A DNA stretch of 64,000 nt from the NCBI GenBank assembly GCA_973895155.1, contig OZ316893.1, positions 27,724,210 to 27,788,209 on the forward strand, given 5' to 3'. Below the pieces are notes generated by a model. That model did no database searches and had not been told where the DNA came from. It was given only the letters and a program-made list of their open reading frames with translations. Position 1 is the first letter of the stretch; each line of letters opens with the position of its first letter. Of the stretch, positions 13,866-24,832 are shown one piece after another. Source of the stretch: Marsupella aquatica (lineage: Eukaryota; Plantae; Marchantiophyta). The position numbers and the translations under genes were made by a program.

Positions 13866-16800
13866 TTACAATATTTGTAAATAATTACAATGCCTTGAAA
13901 AACTATTGGAGTCTAATACTTTGGTAAAAGCATCCGCTGGATTAAGCTTTCCATCAATCTTGACAAGCTCAAATTCATCATCCGATAATGCCTGTCGGAT
14001 GAAATGATACGGACATCAATGTGCTTTACCCTGCCATCCATCACCTGATTCTTGGCAGTGTAAATTGCACTTTGACTGTCACAATGAAGATACACAGAAT
14101 CTTGTGATAAGCCCATCTCTTTGACAAGCTTTTTCAACCAAATGGTCTCTGATGCTGCTTCTGCTGCCGCTACATACTCGGCATCCATAGTAGACTTTGC
14201 AACACACTTTTGGAGAGTAGACTTCCAACTAATGCATCCACCAGCAAGTGTAAATACATATCCAGTTGTTGATCTCCTCTTATCCAGATCACCTGCGTAG
14301 TCTGCATCCACATAACCTTGAAGCACTTTTATATTGTTTGAACTTGCATCAAACAATAAACCCTTCTTAGTGGAACTTATGATGTAGCGCAAAATCCATT
14401 TCACTGCTTCCCAATGGACTTTTCCTGGATTTGCCATGTATCTGCTTACCTTGCTAACGGCATAAGCTATGTCCGGTCGGGTGCATACCATGAGATACAT
14501 TAAACTGCCCACAACACTTTCATAAGGAACTTTGGACATCAAACTTTTTTCTGTTGCATCCGATGGACAAAATGCTGCAGAAATATTGAAATGCCTTGCC
14601 AAAGGAACACTCACAGCCTTAGCATCTGCCATGTTGAATTTTGAGAGCACCTTCTCTGCATATCTTTTTTGCGTCAGCCAAAGTTTGGCTTTGTTCACAT
14701 CCCTGACAATCTCCATGCCTAGGATCCTCTTGGCTGTGCCCAAGTCCTTCATCTTAAACTCAAAACTGAGTTGGGCCTTAAGCTTATCAACTTCGCCCCT
14801 ATCCTTTGTTGCAATGAGCATGTCATCCACATAAAGTACAAGGATGACAAACTTAAAACCTGTGTTGTTCACACGCCTAATGTAAACACATGGATCGTAC
14901 ACGCTTCGCACAAATCCAAGCGATTTCAAAAATTCATCAAAATGCTTGTTCCACTGCCTTGGGCTCTGCTTTAATCCATACAAGGATTTTAGCAATCTGC
15001 ATACCAAATTTTCCTTGCCCTTTTGTACAAAACCCTCTGGTTGCCTCATGTAAATCACCTCATCCAATGATCCATATAAGAATGCCGTGGCAACATCCAT
15101 TTGATCTAAAACTAGATCAAATAAAACTACAAAAGCATATAGCAAACGTATTGTTGAATACTTTGCTACGGGTGAAAAAACCTCATTGTAGTCTATACCT
15201 TTCTGTTGAGTAAAACCCTTGGCTACCAACCGAGCCTTAAATATCTTCTCAGCATCCTCCGTGGATCCATCTTTCTTTCTATACACCCACTTGCTGTCAA
15301 CAGCCTGCTTGTCACTAGGTAGACTTGTGAGTTCCCAAGTCTTGTTATCATGAAGTGATTTCATTTCCATGCGCATCGCCGCCTGCCATTGTTGCTTCTC
15401 CATAGAAGCTAGGACCTCTCGAAATGAGGATGGATCTCCATCTTCTGTCACCAATGCATCAATAGATTCTTCATCCAAATCCACTTGATCAGAAGGAAGC
15501 CAAGTTCCATACCTTTCTCGGGCTTGACGTTTGCGAGTTCCTCTTCGTACTGAAGACTCTGGCTGATCTGATTGTAGTGTGCTTTGCCTTACAGTGGTGT
15601 CAACATATTCTTCATCTGACACATCCTTTCCCCTTAAATCCTCTAGAGGAGGACTCGGGGGTCTCACTATATGGGGACCTCCCCATCGCCTGCGACGTTT
15701 TTAGGCCTCGGACCCCCTAAAATGTAAGAAAAAAAATTAATTTTTTAACTCCTATAAAGTTGGAATATTCTTGGAATATTCTAAAAATTGGATTAAAAAG
15801 ACCCTAATATTCTTATAAGTCTCAAAATTGAATTTAAAAGACCATATTGTTCTTCTACAAAAATTCTTAAGTCTTCCCTTAGAACCAATAAAATGACCCT
15901 ATCCTTCGTCGCACGTGATATGCCATTTTTGTGGAAGTGAAACCCCCGAGGAGGAGGAGATTACTCTTTGTTAGTAGTAGGGAATTGATCTATCTCCCCC
16001 TCCTTCAATGATTTTTCTTCATTGAAGGATACATCCCGACTAACAAGTAACTTGCAGTCAACTGGATCCCACAACCGATAACCTTTAACTTCACGCTGAT
16101 AACCAAGAAAAATGCATTTCTGGGCTCTAGGATCTAGCTTAGTCCTATTGTTGCTAGGAACATGTGCATATGCTTCACAGCCAAAAACCCTAAGCTTTGA
16201 ATAATCAGCAGGTCGATTGTGCCATAACTCAAAGGGGGTTTTGTAAGTAATTGCTCGACTAGAAGAGAGATTTACTAGATAAGTAACAATGTTCATAGCT
16301 TCCGCCCAAAAGATTTGTGGCAATTTAGAGTGGCTCGACATGCTCCTTGCTCACTCCAACAATGTGCGGTTGAGTCGCTCAGCAACACCATTTTGCGCAG
16401 GAGTGTACACAGTTGTGAGATGGTGAGTAATTCCCTTATTTGCACAATACGTGTTGAACTCGCCAGAGGTGTATTCACCACCATTATCTGATCGTAGATA
16501 TCTCACATTCATTGCAGTCTGTGTCTCAACTTGAGCTACCCATTGTTTGAAGATGGAAAGCACTTCAAACTTATGGGCAATGAAATAAATCCAAACAAAC
16601 CTTGAGTAATCATCGATAAATGATACATAGTATTGTTTGCCTGAATGTGAGGAAACCGGAGCAGGACCCCACACATCGGAATGAATATACTCAAGTACAA
16701 CTTTAGAATGATGAATAGCAGTCGGAAATGGAGTTCTTATTTTCTTGCCGACAATGCAATGATCATAAAAACTCAACTTGCATGCTTGCAATCCTGGTAG

Positions 16801-18204
16801 GAGATGTCGCTTGTGTAAAATTTCCAAACTTTTTTCACTCATGTGACCAAGCCGAGCATGCCATAAATTGATTTTCTCCTCCTGAGATGTGACCAAATTG
16901 ACTTCGGCAGGAAGGGTGGTGCCTTCCAAGACATAGATGTTTCTTTTCCTCTTGCCAATAAGAACTTCAGTTGATCCATGCATGACTGTTAACACCCCAT
17001 CAGTTGCACTCCATTGATAACCCTTCGTATCCAAGTAGCCAAGAGAAATCAAATTCTTACACATTTCTGGAATGTGTCTGACATTTGATAGAGTATAGTA
17101 CTTGCCACCAGGTAGTTGAATCTTTACGGATCCAATCCCTAAAACTTTGCAAGAATGATTATTTCCCATCAAAACAGATCCGTTGATAGGAGTGTAGGAT
17201 GAGAAAAATTCACGCATATAATACATGTGATACGAGCAAACGGAATCCAAAATCCATTGACAATCCTCAACTTGGGAAGTGGTACACAATGCAAATCCTT
17301 CACTATCCTCTTCTCGAACAACTACTTGGGCTGAAGAACCGGCAACTTCCTTGAATGTGTCTTTGACGCGACAATCCTTCTTCATGTGGCCCACTTTATC
17401 ACACTTCCAACACTTTATCTCACGAGTAGACTTGGATGGTGATTTGGATCGAGATCTAGATCTGGATCTAAACCTCCTCCTACCAAAAGATCGGTCGTGG
17501 AACCTTCCTCGCTCCATGGGAAGTGGATTAAACCTTTTGTTTTCATGAGATGGCTCCCTTGATTTGCCTCTTTCTACCAACAGTGCTGTTGATGATGAGG
17601 TTGAGGTAGGATGAGCTGAAGAAACCAACTTAGATTGCATGTCATCGGTCAACAGGGCACTCACCACATCATTGTAGGATATAGTTGTCTTATCACGGAA
17701 TAGAAGAACTCGAGACAAAGATTGGTACGAAGGTGGTAGTGAGCTCAAGAGTTGTAAGGCTTTCTTTTCTTCGCTCAAATGCTCCCCCAAATTCTCTAGG
17801 TCAACCACAAGATCATTGAACTGATCGATATGATCTTGAATCTTGACTCCATCAGCCATTTTGAATTGCATGAGCTTCAAGCTTGTATACATTCGGTTTG
17901 ACATCTCCTTCTTGTAGTACTTGTGGCGCAATGCTTGAAACAAGTCCGTCACCGTTTGTGTTGATTTTTCCTCGAACTGCTTCTTCACATTGTTTTTCAA
18001 GTACATTCCAACAATGCTTACCGCTTGATCCTGAAGATCATGCCAATCATCATCTTCCATCTCCTTGGGTTGAGAGCTTAGTACCTTGCCTAGGCCCATC
18101 GCCCTAAGTGCATCCCTCACGTTACGTTCCCACATTGTATAGTCCATCCGACCATCAAATTTTTCCACCTCAAACCTTTGACCTCCAATCCTAGTAGTCG
18201 CCAT
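13866..18204 (-). pseudogene. Copia gag-pol polyprotein, disrupted
   Basis: Gag (VEKFDG), zinc knuckle CWKCDKVGHMKKDC, protease WILDSVC, GAG-pre-integrase WHARLGH, integrase HSDVWG/RSDNGGE/QNGVAERLNRT, VKGY, RT YVDD, RNase H DADYAGD. Disrupted by TGA at 16351-16353, TAA at 15961-15963, a MITE insertion and a 1-bp frameshift after HIDVR (~14010). Confidence 0.95.
15654..15950. mobile_element. MITE with 15-bp TIR and 8-bp TSD, nested in copia pol
   Basis: TIR CTCGGGGGT(C/T)TCACT; TSD GAGGAGGA at 15646-15653 and 15951-15958; removing it plus one TSD rejoins ...NKE*SPPLEDLRGKD in frame. Confidence 0.92.
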
Positions 18205-19363
18205 CGCTAGAATGCCAAATGTAGTGTGGAGTTGCCTTCCAACAAGAAATAAACGTCGAATGCTCAGATGCGGGGTGTGAAAATAAGGCCAAAAATGAAA
18301 GTTGGTGAATTTTGAAACTGATTACTCCTGTGTGTAGCCCACAAGGTAACGCTCCAAATGCTGAAAACGGTTTGTCAAACGGACTCTCGAGTGCCGAGAA
18401 TTTTTACTCTGACCGGAGGGGGGTAAAAAATGAAATAAATACCCCTCGAGGGAATCTTTTATGCCAAAGATTCCACTAGTATGCGTTTCCAAAATTGAGC
18501 ACACCAATGCTTGCCTAGCTTCCCCAAGTACACCTCTCCAAAAGTTGAAGTTGATTCGATTTTGTTTGCCGCTCGGAATCTTTGACCTTCGGTAAAAATT
18601 TAAGCCTCTGGAAAAAGAATCTTTTCGGGAAATTCCGTCCGCCCTTGTACAGCCCCTGTGGGGGAAATTCACAGGGGGCACTTCCCCCTGCCCGAGCCCT
18701 GTCGAGCCCTAAAAGGCCTCCTCGAAGTTTTCGACCTCCTCGCGCGTCCGCGGAAGTCGCGACTACTCGCGGCAGAAAGTACCCCTCAGCGGATTCACTC
18801 AAATTCCCGTCTCAGTTTTTGACGAAATCCAATTCTGATTTCAGATTCAGAAACTAGACTTTGAGGGCATCAAGATAGATATAAAGAACTCGCAAAACGG
18901 TGGAGTAATGAGGGAGAAACGATTCGTTGAAAGTGACTGATATTAAGTTATCCGCCATAGCCAAAATTTCGAGCTCAAAAAAACGAGAATTGAAATTAAG
19001 ATTACTTCTCAACCATTTGACGAAATCCAGCGATGTTGATATCGAAACGTCTAGAAAGACGAGGCGCTCAAGTGTGTCTCAGTTTCAAGTCCCGATAGAA
19101 CAATCAAAAAGACTGATCTGAGAAATTGACCTTATCTCTTGCCCGATAACGTAATTTGAAAACCGTCACTTACAATTGTTTCCGTTTTTGACCTCAGGCC
19201 TTCATTGCTTCACTGAAATGAGCCCCTGGTTGTGTGCTCCACACTTGTGAGAAGATTGAGTCCGATCTTCTTCCAATAGCTCCGCTTTAAAGAGGAAATC
19301 ATCCGCTGTTCGCTTTGCTTGAAGCAAGTTCTATGGAGTTCCTAATCGACTGAAAAAATCTGA

Positions 19364-19375
19364 GCTCTGATACCA
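19364..19375 (-). other. Primer binding site complementary to tRNAiMet
   Basis: Minus strand TGGTATCAGAGC, 2 nt inside the 5' LTR. Confidence 0.95.
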
Positions 19376-19377
19376 AT

Positions 19378-19704
19378 TGTGGGGAGAAATCAGATCAGGA
19401 AAAACACTCCAAACATGCACGTGCTCAATAGTTATGTGGTTCGCCTCAAGGTTGGCTACGTCCACGGGAAGACCAAGCTTTATTAGCGGTTATGTGTGTA
19501 CTCAAGCATCACCATAGCTCTCATCTCTTCAAGCTCTCATCTCTTGCTATATCCCTGTGTTCTCTCCTTGAGAACTCTCTTGTGTGTGTTCTCACACCAC
19601 ATACAAGTTGAAGAGATAAGGATCAATCTCTTCAACTAGGGTTTACTCTAACCCTAGTTAACATCCTAACCATAGTTCAACCCAAGACTGAGTTAACCTC
19701 TACA
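19378..19704 (-). repeat. 5' LTR of the copia element (327 bp)
   Basis: Near-identical to 13348-13673; followed by TSD CTCCA. Confidence 0.97.
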
Positions 19705-19759
19705 CTCCACAATGAAGTCATGAGAGCACTCCCACCTGTCCAATACTGACCCTATTTTT

Positions 19760-20210
19760 GGAACCTCACGGTGCCCCAGTCTGTGCACCATGGTAAAATT
19801 TAAAGGTTTTTCCTGTCTCGATAGTGTGGCTAAGGGTGTGAAGGAGAAGAAGGTGAGAATATTCCTTATCTAATTTTCGTAGATTATTTGCTGACCCTTA
19901 GATCTCCCCACATTTGGGCTAATGGGGTCTGTGGCTAGGTGAGGAGGAATTTGGCACAGTTTTGCCACTAAAATAGCGTTGTTGCGCACCCCAAGGTCAA
20001 ACCGGAGCTCATTGCCAGTCCTGCTCTCCACAACCCAGTGGGACACGTACAACGTGCCAAGACTGATCAATAACCACAATTGGACTTCCAAGTCTCATCG
20101 AATGTCTATGCAGCGACAAGTGCAAGGGCACCAAATTGACTTGCTAAACTCTGGGATGGCGGCAGGGTTGTTTGGTGAGCACCACACCCTTGTCGGTAAG
20201 CACACATCAA
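19760..20210 (-). pseudogene. Possible decayed LINE ORF2 C-terminal fragment
   Basis: WLLISLGTLYVSHW...RTGNELRF resembles the W..W..RN...F segment at the end of plant LINE ORF2; heavily degraded. Confidence 0.3.
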
Positions 20211-21367
20211 AATGTGATGATATACGGTGTGCACTCTAATTTATAGAAAATAATGATGTTTTTCTTGGGATGGAGAGATGTCATATTTTGCTGTGCAATT
20301 ACTACGACCCCGCACCGCACCCGCACAGCGTGCGGGCTTGGGGGAGGTCGGAAGGGGAGGAGTGACTTGCTTACCTGGATCCACACCAAGGTCTGGGAGC
20401 GGTCCTCTGGCAATGGTCCTCCTGCTGGGATACAGATGTGGAAAGGTTCCCTGCACACATCAAAATGTGGCTCCATTCATTGATTGAAAGAAAAAAAATT
20501 AAGGTTATCATGGTATGCAGGGGTGTCCTACATCACATAGTACATGTCATATTTTGATGCAGAGTTACCTAGACCCGGAAAGATGAATCGCCTAGAAGCT
20601 AAAGGTGCTTTCGGAGGGGAAACATTCTTTAGGCCGTCGAGTCACAAATCTACATCACATACGATACGCTTGCCGTTGGTTGAAGCCTTGAAGGTACCTT
20701 CAATAGGGGCCACCTGAATGTTCGACAGGCAGCATCGAATCTCGACAATACTTAGGAAGGATCATATCAGCAGACCGGCCAGCCAGCATGAGAGCGCCTG
20801 CCAGAGTTTGGCATCGGATTCGGTGCGCTCAACAAAACATACACGAGGTGCGCGAGGTGCGCGAGGCCGAGAAGCCCATTACGATTCACACGGTGTCCTG
20901 GCGCCCGTTTCTTTCTGCCCACTCCTCGCTCGAACCATTCCTTCCCCCTTTCCCCCTCACGTCTTGCAGTGATCGGCCATTGGCGCGTTGATGAATGCAA
21001 CCAGAGGTCGGCCAACAGCCACAAAAGTACCACAAAAGCTCCACAAAAGCCACAAAGACATTTCTACTACGTCCAGCCCTGAGTTTTCAGTTACCCTCAG
21101 CAGAGCAAGAAGATTCCCACCGGGTCTTGAAGTCTTTGGATGCGAGTGGTTCTAAACGGACTCGCCTACTTACTGCAAACCTCAAAATTTTGGATGGAAA
21201 ATTATCAGGTGCTAGGAGGAAATAACTACTCGTACTCCCAGTGGTAGACTATCATACAATTGGGGACTTTGGACTGCCTGGGTTGCATTGAGGGCTCACA
21301 TTTCGGGTTGTCCCGAGTGCTGCGGGTGTAATATCCAAGTTCGACGGTGCATACAGCGAGATGATGC

Positions 21368-21504
21368 TGTTGGAACTTTCAACAGCATGGACCGGCTAGG
21401 AATTGAACCTAGGACCTCCCGTGTACATCGTAGTGCTCTACCACTGAGCTACAGGCCCTTTGTGGCTGTATCCATCTTCATCCAAGTGTGGTTCATTTCC
21501 AACA
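21368..21504 (-). mobile_element. 137-bp solo LTR containing a tRNA-derived sequence
   Basis: Termini TGTTGGAA...TTCCAACA (8-bp inverted repeat) and perfect 5-bp TSD GATGC (21363-21367 and 21505-21509). Confidence 0.88.
21388..21458 (-). pseudogene. tRNA-like sequence with intact Pol III A and B boxes inside the solo LTR
   Basis: GGGCCTG-TA-GCTC-AGTGGTA-GAGC-A-CTACG-ATGTACA-CGGGA-GGTC-CTAGG-TTCAATT-CCTAG-CCGGTCC-A: D and T arms pair perfectly, acceptor stem 6/7, anticodon arm broken. Confidence 0.85.
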
Positions 21505-21736
21505 GATGCTTGCGCATTTTTCACTCATGGACTGAGGATCAATCTCTTTTGTGGGGGTAATTGCGAGACTGCTTCGCGTTAGAAGTATTGTTGCTTAATG
21601 GTCGGAGCAATGCATCTTGGCCTGATCTCTGTGCTTGATGGAGTCATCTTAGAGGGTTTGAACACGAACAGAAAGATCAGTGTAAACTACTGTTAAGAGT
21701 CATTGAGTAAAGAAGAGTCTCTGTTGTGTCGCTTGC

Positions 21737-21786
21737 TGAATTGAATTGAATTGAATTGAATTGAATTGAATTGAATTGAATTGAAT
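21737..21786. repeat. (TGAAT)10 microsatellite
   Basis: Ten perfect pentamer units. Confidence 0.97.
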
Positions 21787-21789
21787 GTG

Positions 21790-22260
21790 TGAGGAAGGCA
21801 TGCAATGCAAATAGAAGAGACCCAGAGGACAAACCAAAACACCACATCCTTGGGTGGTCTCAATTTTGGTCTAAAAACCACATTGAGCGGACAATTTCTC
21901 TGAGTTCCACATAGGATTGGTCGTTTCTCAAAGTATATAGCTGGGGATAATGACTATGAAAGAACATGTGTTATTAAGAAAGTCTGGTGTGTTATAAACA
22001 GAGTGCTGTGATATGAGCCTCATACTTTTCATAGGTGACAAAAACAAGTCCCAGTTTTTTATTGAGGTAGCCAGGCTTGAGCCTAGTTTTTCTTCCAATT
22101 GTGAAAAACTTTCAGGTCCAACTATGTGGAAGTATGGCTGGTTTAGGCCTTTTACAACCAGTGATACTTCCTCGGCAAAACTTTTATTTGGAATGTCTAA
22201 CAGAGTTTTCATTCTCTCAATGAAACCTTTTGTGCTTAAAATCTCATAAAAGTGCACAAA
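21790..22260 (-). pseudogene. Possible decayed LINE ORF2 (pre-RT/RT) fragment
   Basis: FYEILS...ERMKTLLDIP...EE pattern and ...SGSLLFAL resemble the LINE EN-RT linker and the PLSPLLF motif; many disruptions. Confidence 0.35.
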
Positions 22261-23435
22261 AGAGCTTTCCAGTGAGCCAAACAGTGGCAGATTTAGTCAA
22301 GTCCTAACTAATGAATGAGGTCATTAATTTACTTGTCATTATGTGACAGAGTATAGGGACATTACCTACACAACCTACTGTAGTTATTTTGAATTTTTCC
22401 CTTGTCACTCTATAACATCTGTCAGTAATCTTCCGTTAAGCCTTTGAGGATTGAAGCTTGAAGTATGGAGTTGTGGATTGGCCTCAAACAGTTATATTTA
22501 TTGTTTTTATCAAGTTGTTTGTTATTTTAAAAAATTACATTTAAGTTCTCTAAGATTGTTGGGTCTGGGGCTCGGTCTAACTATATTTCTGCAATTGAAC
22601 TCTTTATTCTATGTCTTCTGTTGTCCTGGAGAAAGAAGCACTTATGATGATAAAATAAAATATATTTTTAATCCAGCAGGATACAACATACTTCGTTGGT
22701 GAGACTTCTTTGGCTTTGCGCCAATAGCTCTTGGCCCATTTCCCTATCTATAGCTACAGTTTGGTCCTTCTCTTTTTTCTATATTTCTTTCAATCGAAAT
22801 TGCTATTTCATATAATATTACCATACTGTAATACTTCATATACGTCCATCCATAATTCTCTATTTCTTTCAATAAAAATTGTCATTACGTACAAAAAAGT
22901 GTGGATTTTTTTTTAAACTGCATGGAAATTTGTTTGAAAAGATCCAATTCTACTAATGTTTCAAATTGACTGAATTAGTAGTATCTGTCAATAAAGCTCA
23001 AAATTCTGCCAGCACGGGTAATTAAAACGAAGTGTAAAGTCTTTCACAAAATAATTCAGAATATCACTGTCCGAGCAAGTAATTATACCAATTCCCGAAG
23101 TGAACCATGAACGGACCTTGCCTCACATGAAGAACAATCATGAATGTTTGTTGTTGCAAACAGAGGCATTCTTGTTTGTAACCAAAAATACTTCTGTGCC
23201 CGCATTGGATGCCAGGGATTTTACAATATCTTCCCATGGGGGATTATAAATTTGAGCTACCCTTGGGGTTTTTATAGAACATATCCTTTATAAAGTAAAA
23301 TAAACTAACAGTATTAAAATTTTAGAAAACAACAAAAATTTATAAAATATTAGGATCTCATTCAATACACTTATTTACTGCAGGTCCTATCATAGAAACA
23401 CTATAAAATCCAATCTTGCATCCCCCCACCCCCTC

Positions 23436-23670
23436 CTGGTCCGTTACAAAATTCACTTTTGTAGGGAACTCATTATGACTCTCATATATAAATCCTAAAT
23501 ATTTTTAGCCATCAGATTTGGTGAAAGGGAGAATAAAGGGGGGGTCCTGCCCTTTCTTCCTCATGGTCTGTTACAAAATGCACTTTGGGAGTGAACTCAT
23601 TATGACTCTTAGATTTAAGTCATAATTTTGTAGCCATGAGATTTAGAGAAAGGCAGAATCAAGGGGAAAT
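23436..23670. repeat. Tandem duplication, 2 x ~127 bp
   Basis: GGTC.GTTACAAAAT.CACTTT...GAACTCATTATGACTCT...TAGCCAT.AGATTT..GAAAGG.AGAAT.AAGGGG twice. Confidence 0.75.
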
Positions 23671-23759
23671 CCTAGTTTGGAGCATAGATACACTCACACC
23701 TAGACTCATGGAGTGGCATGCATAACAAACTCCAATCTCAAAGGTGCTTTGAAATTGAG

Positions 23760-23984
23760 CTTTGGGGCAGGGGGGGGGGGGGGGGGCGGTTCCCACTTTC
23801 ACGGAAGTGGCACATCATGTGTGACTAAGTACAGGCTCATTTAAATGCGTGTGACGGAAGAGTAATAAAGGTTTGTGGAACAATAATAAGACATGTTTTA
23901 TTAATTGGTTGGCTTTAATGAACAAATTAAATTGGTGTATTTTATTGTAAGAAAAAATCCACCGCCCCCCCCCCCCTCCCCAAG
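23760..23984. mobile_element. MITE, same family as 15654-15950
   Basis: CTTTGGGG-polyG-CGGT...ACCG-polyC-CCCCAAG termini; perfect 8-bp TSD AAATTGAG (23752-23759 and 23985-23992); internal CACTT.CA.GGAAGTGGCACATCA.GTG shared with the other copies. Confidence 0.8.
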
Positions 23985-24325
23985 AAATTGAGTTAACTAG
24001 ACCCCACAGAGCTAAATTTACAAACATTGGACATATGCTTGCCTCCATTCACATAAAGGAAAAGGATAAAAAGAGAACAATGCACATCTATTGAGAGCGG
24101 GATTGAGAGTGTTGAATTGAAAAAAGGATTATTTATAGAAGAGTGAAATTTTTTGTAAAGTCTATTCAAAGGAGAACATTTTTTCTTACTTTTTTACATT
24201 CTCTGGATTGAAGATTTTTTCCAAGTTACATTACCCCTAAATCCTAAATTCTTTTTGGCAACATCATTGGCCAATGCAATGCAGCAAGAATGAAATGGAC
24301 GCACACAACATTGAAATGACCCCAA

Positions 24326-24832
24326 TCTTACTATAAAAGTGCCAACTGAAGTATATTTTTAAGAGCCTAGGTCTAGAGTGAAGCCTCTAGACCGCAACTC
24401 CATGGCCATGTATCATGTGCGTTCATGACTATGATGTATGTCAACTGGTACATGCAAGTTTTCTATGATAATTTCTAAGAAATACATTCAAAAAATGGGC
24501 ACTATGGCCCCATGACAGCATATGTGCATAGGAAGTAGGATGTGCATACAAGGGTGATGTGCATACAAAGGAGGATGATTATTATATATATGACTATTAA
24601 AATGATGAGTTTTTTTTTATCATTTCATTAAACTTTAAAGTATATGAATAAAAAATATACTTTGGTAACATTTTTATTGTCATATGTGCTATTCAGACTA
24701 TATTAAAATGATGAGTTTTTTTATCATTTCATTAAACTTTAAAGTATATGAATAGAGAATATATTTTTGTAACATTTTTATTGTTGTATTTGCTATTCAC
24801 ACTTCAAAGAACGGACTGGTAGGTAGGGCTAG
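24326..24832 (+). mobile_element. Putative short non-autonomous Helitron
   Basis: 5' A|TCTTACTATAAAAG and 3' GGGCTAG|T; internal ~105-bp tandem duplication (~24592-24800); 3' hairpin not clear. Confidence 0.45.

Larger units (their letters stand above)
13348..19704 (-). mobile_element. Full-length Ty1/copia LTR retrotransposon
   Basis: Two TG...CA LTRs, 5-bp TSD CTCCA (13343-13347 and 19705-19709), PBS, PPT and gag-PR-INT-RT-RH domain order. Confidence 0.98.

Noticed and set aside
14532-18107. Plus-strand ORFs inside the copia element
   Set aside because: Antisense shadows of gag-pol with no independent motifs
21388-21458. Functional tRNA-Tyr or tRNA-Val gene
   Set aside because: Anticodon stem and loop are non-canonical and the sequence lies inside a TSD-flanked LTR
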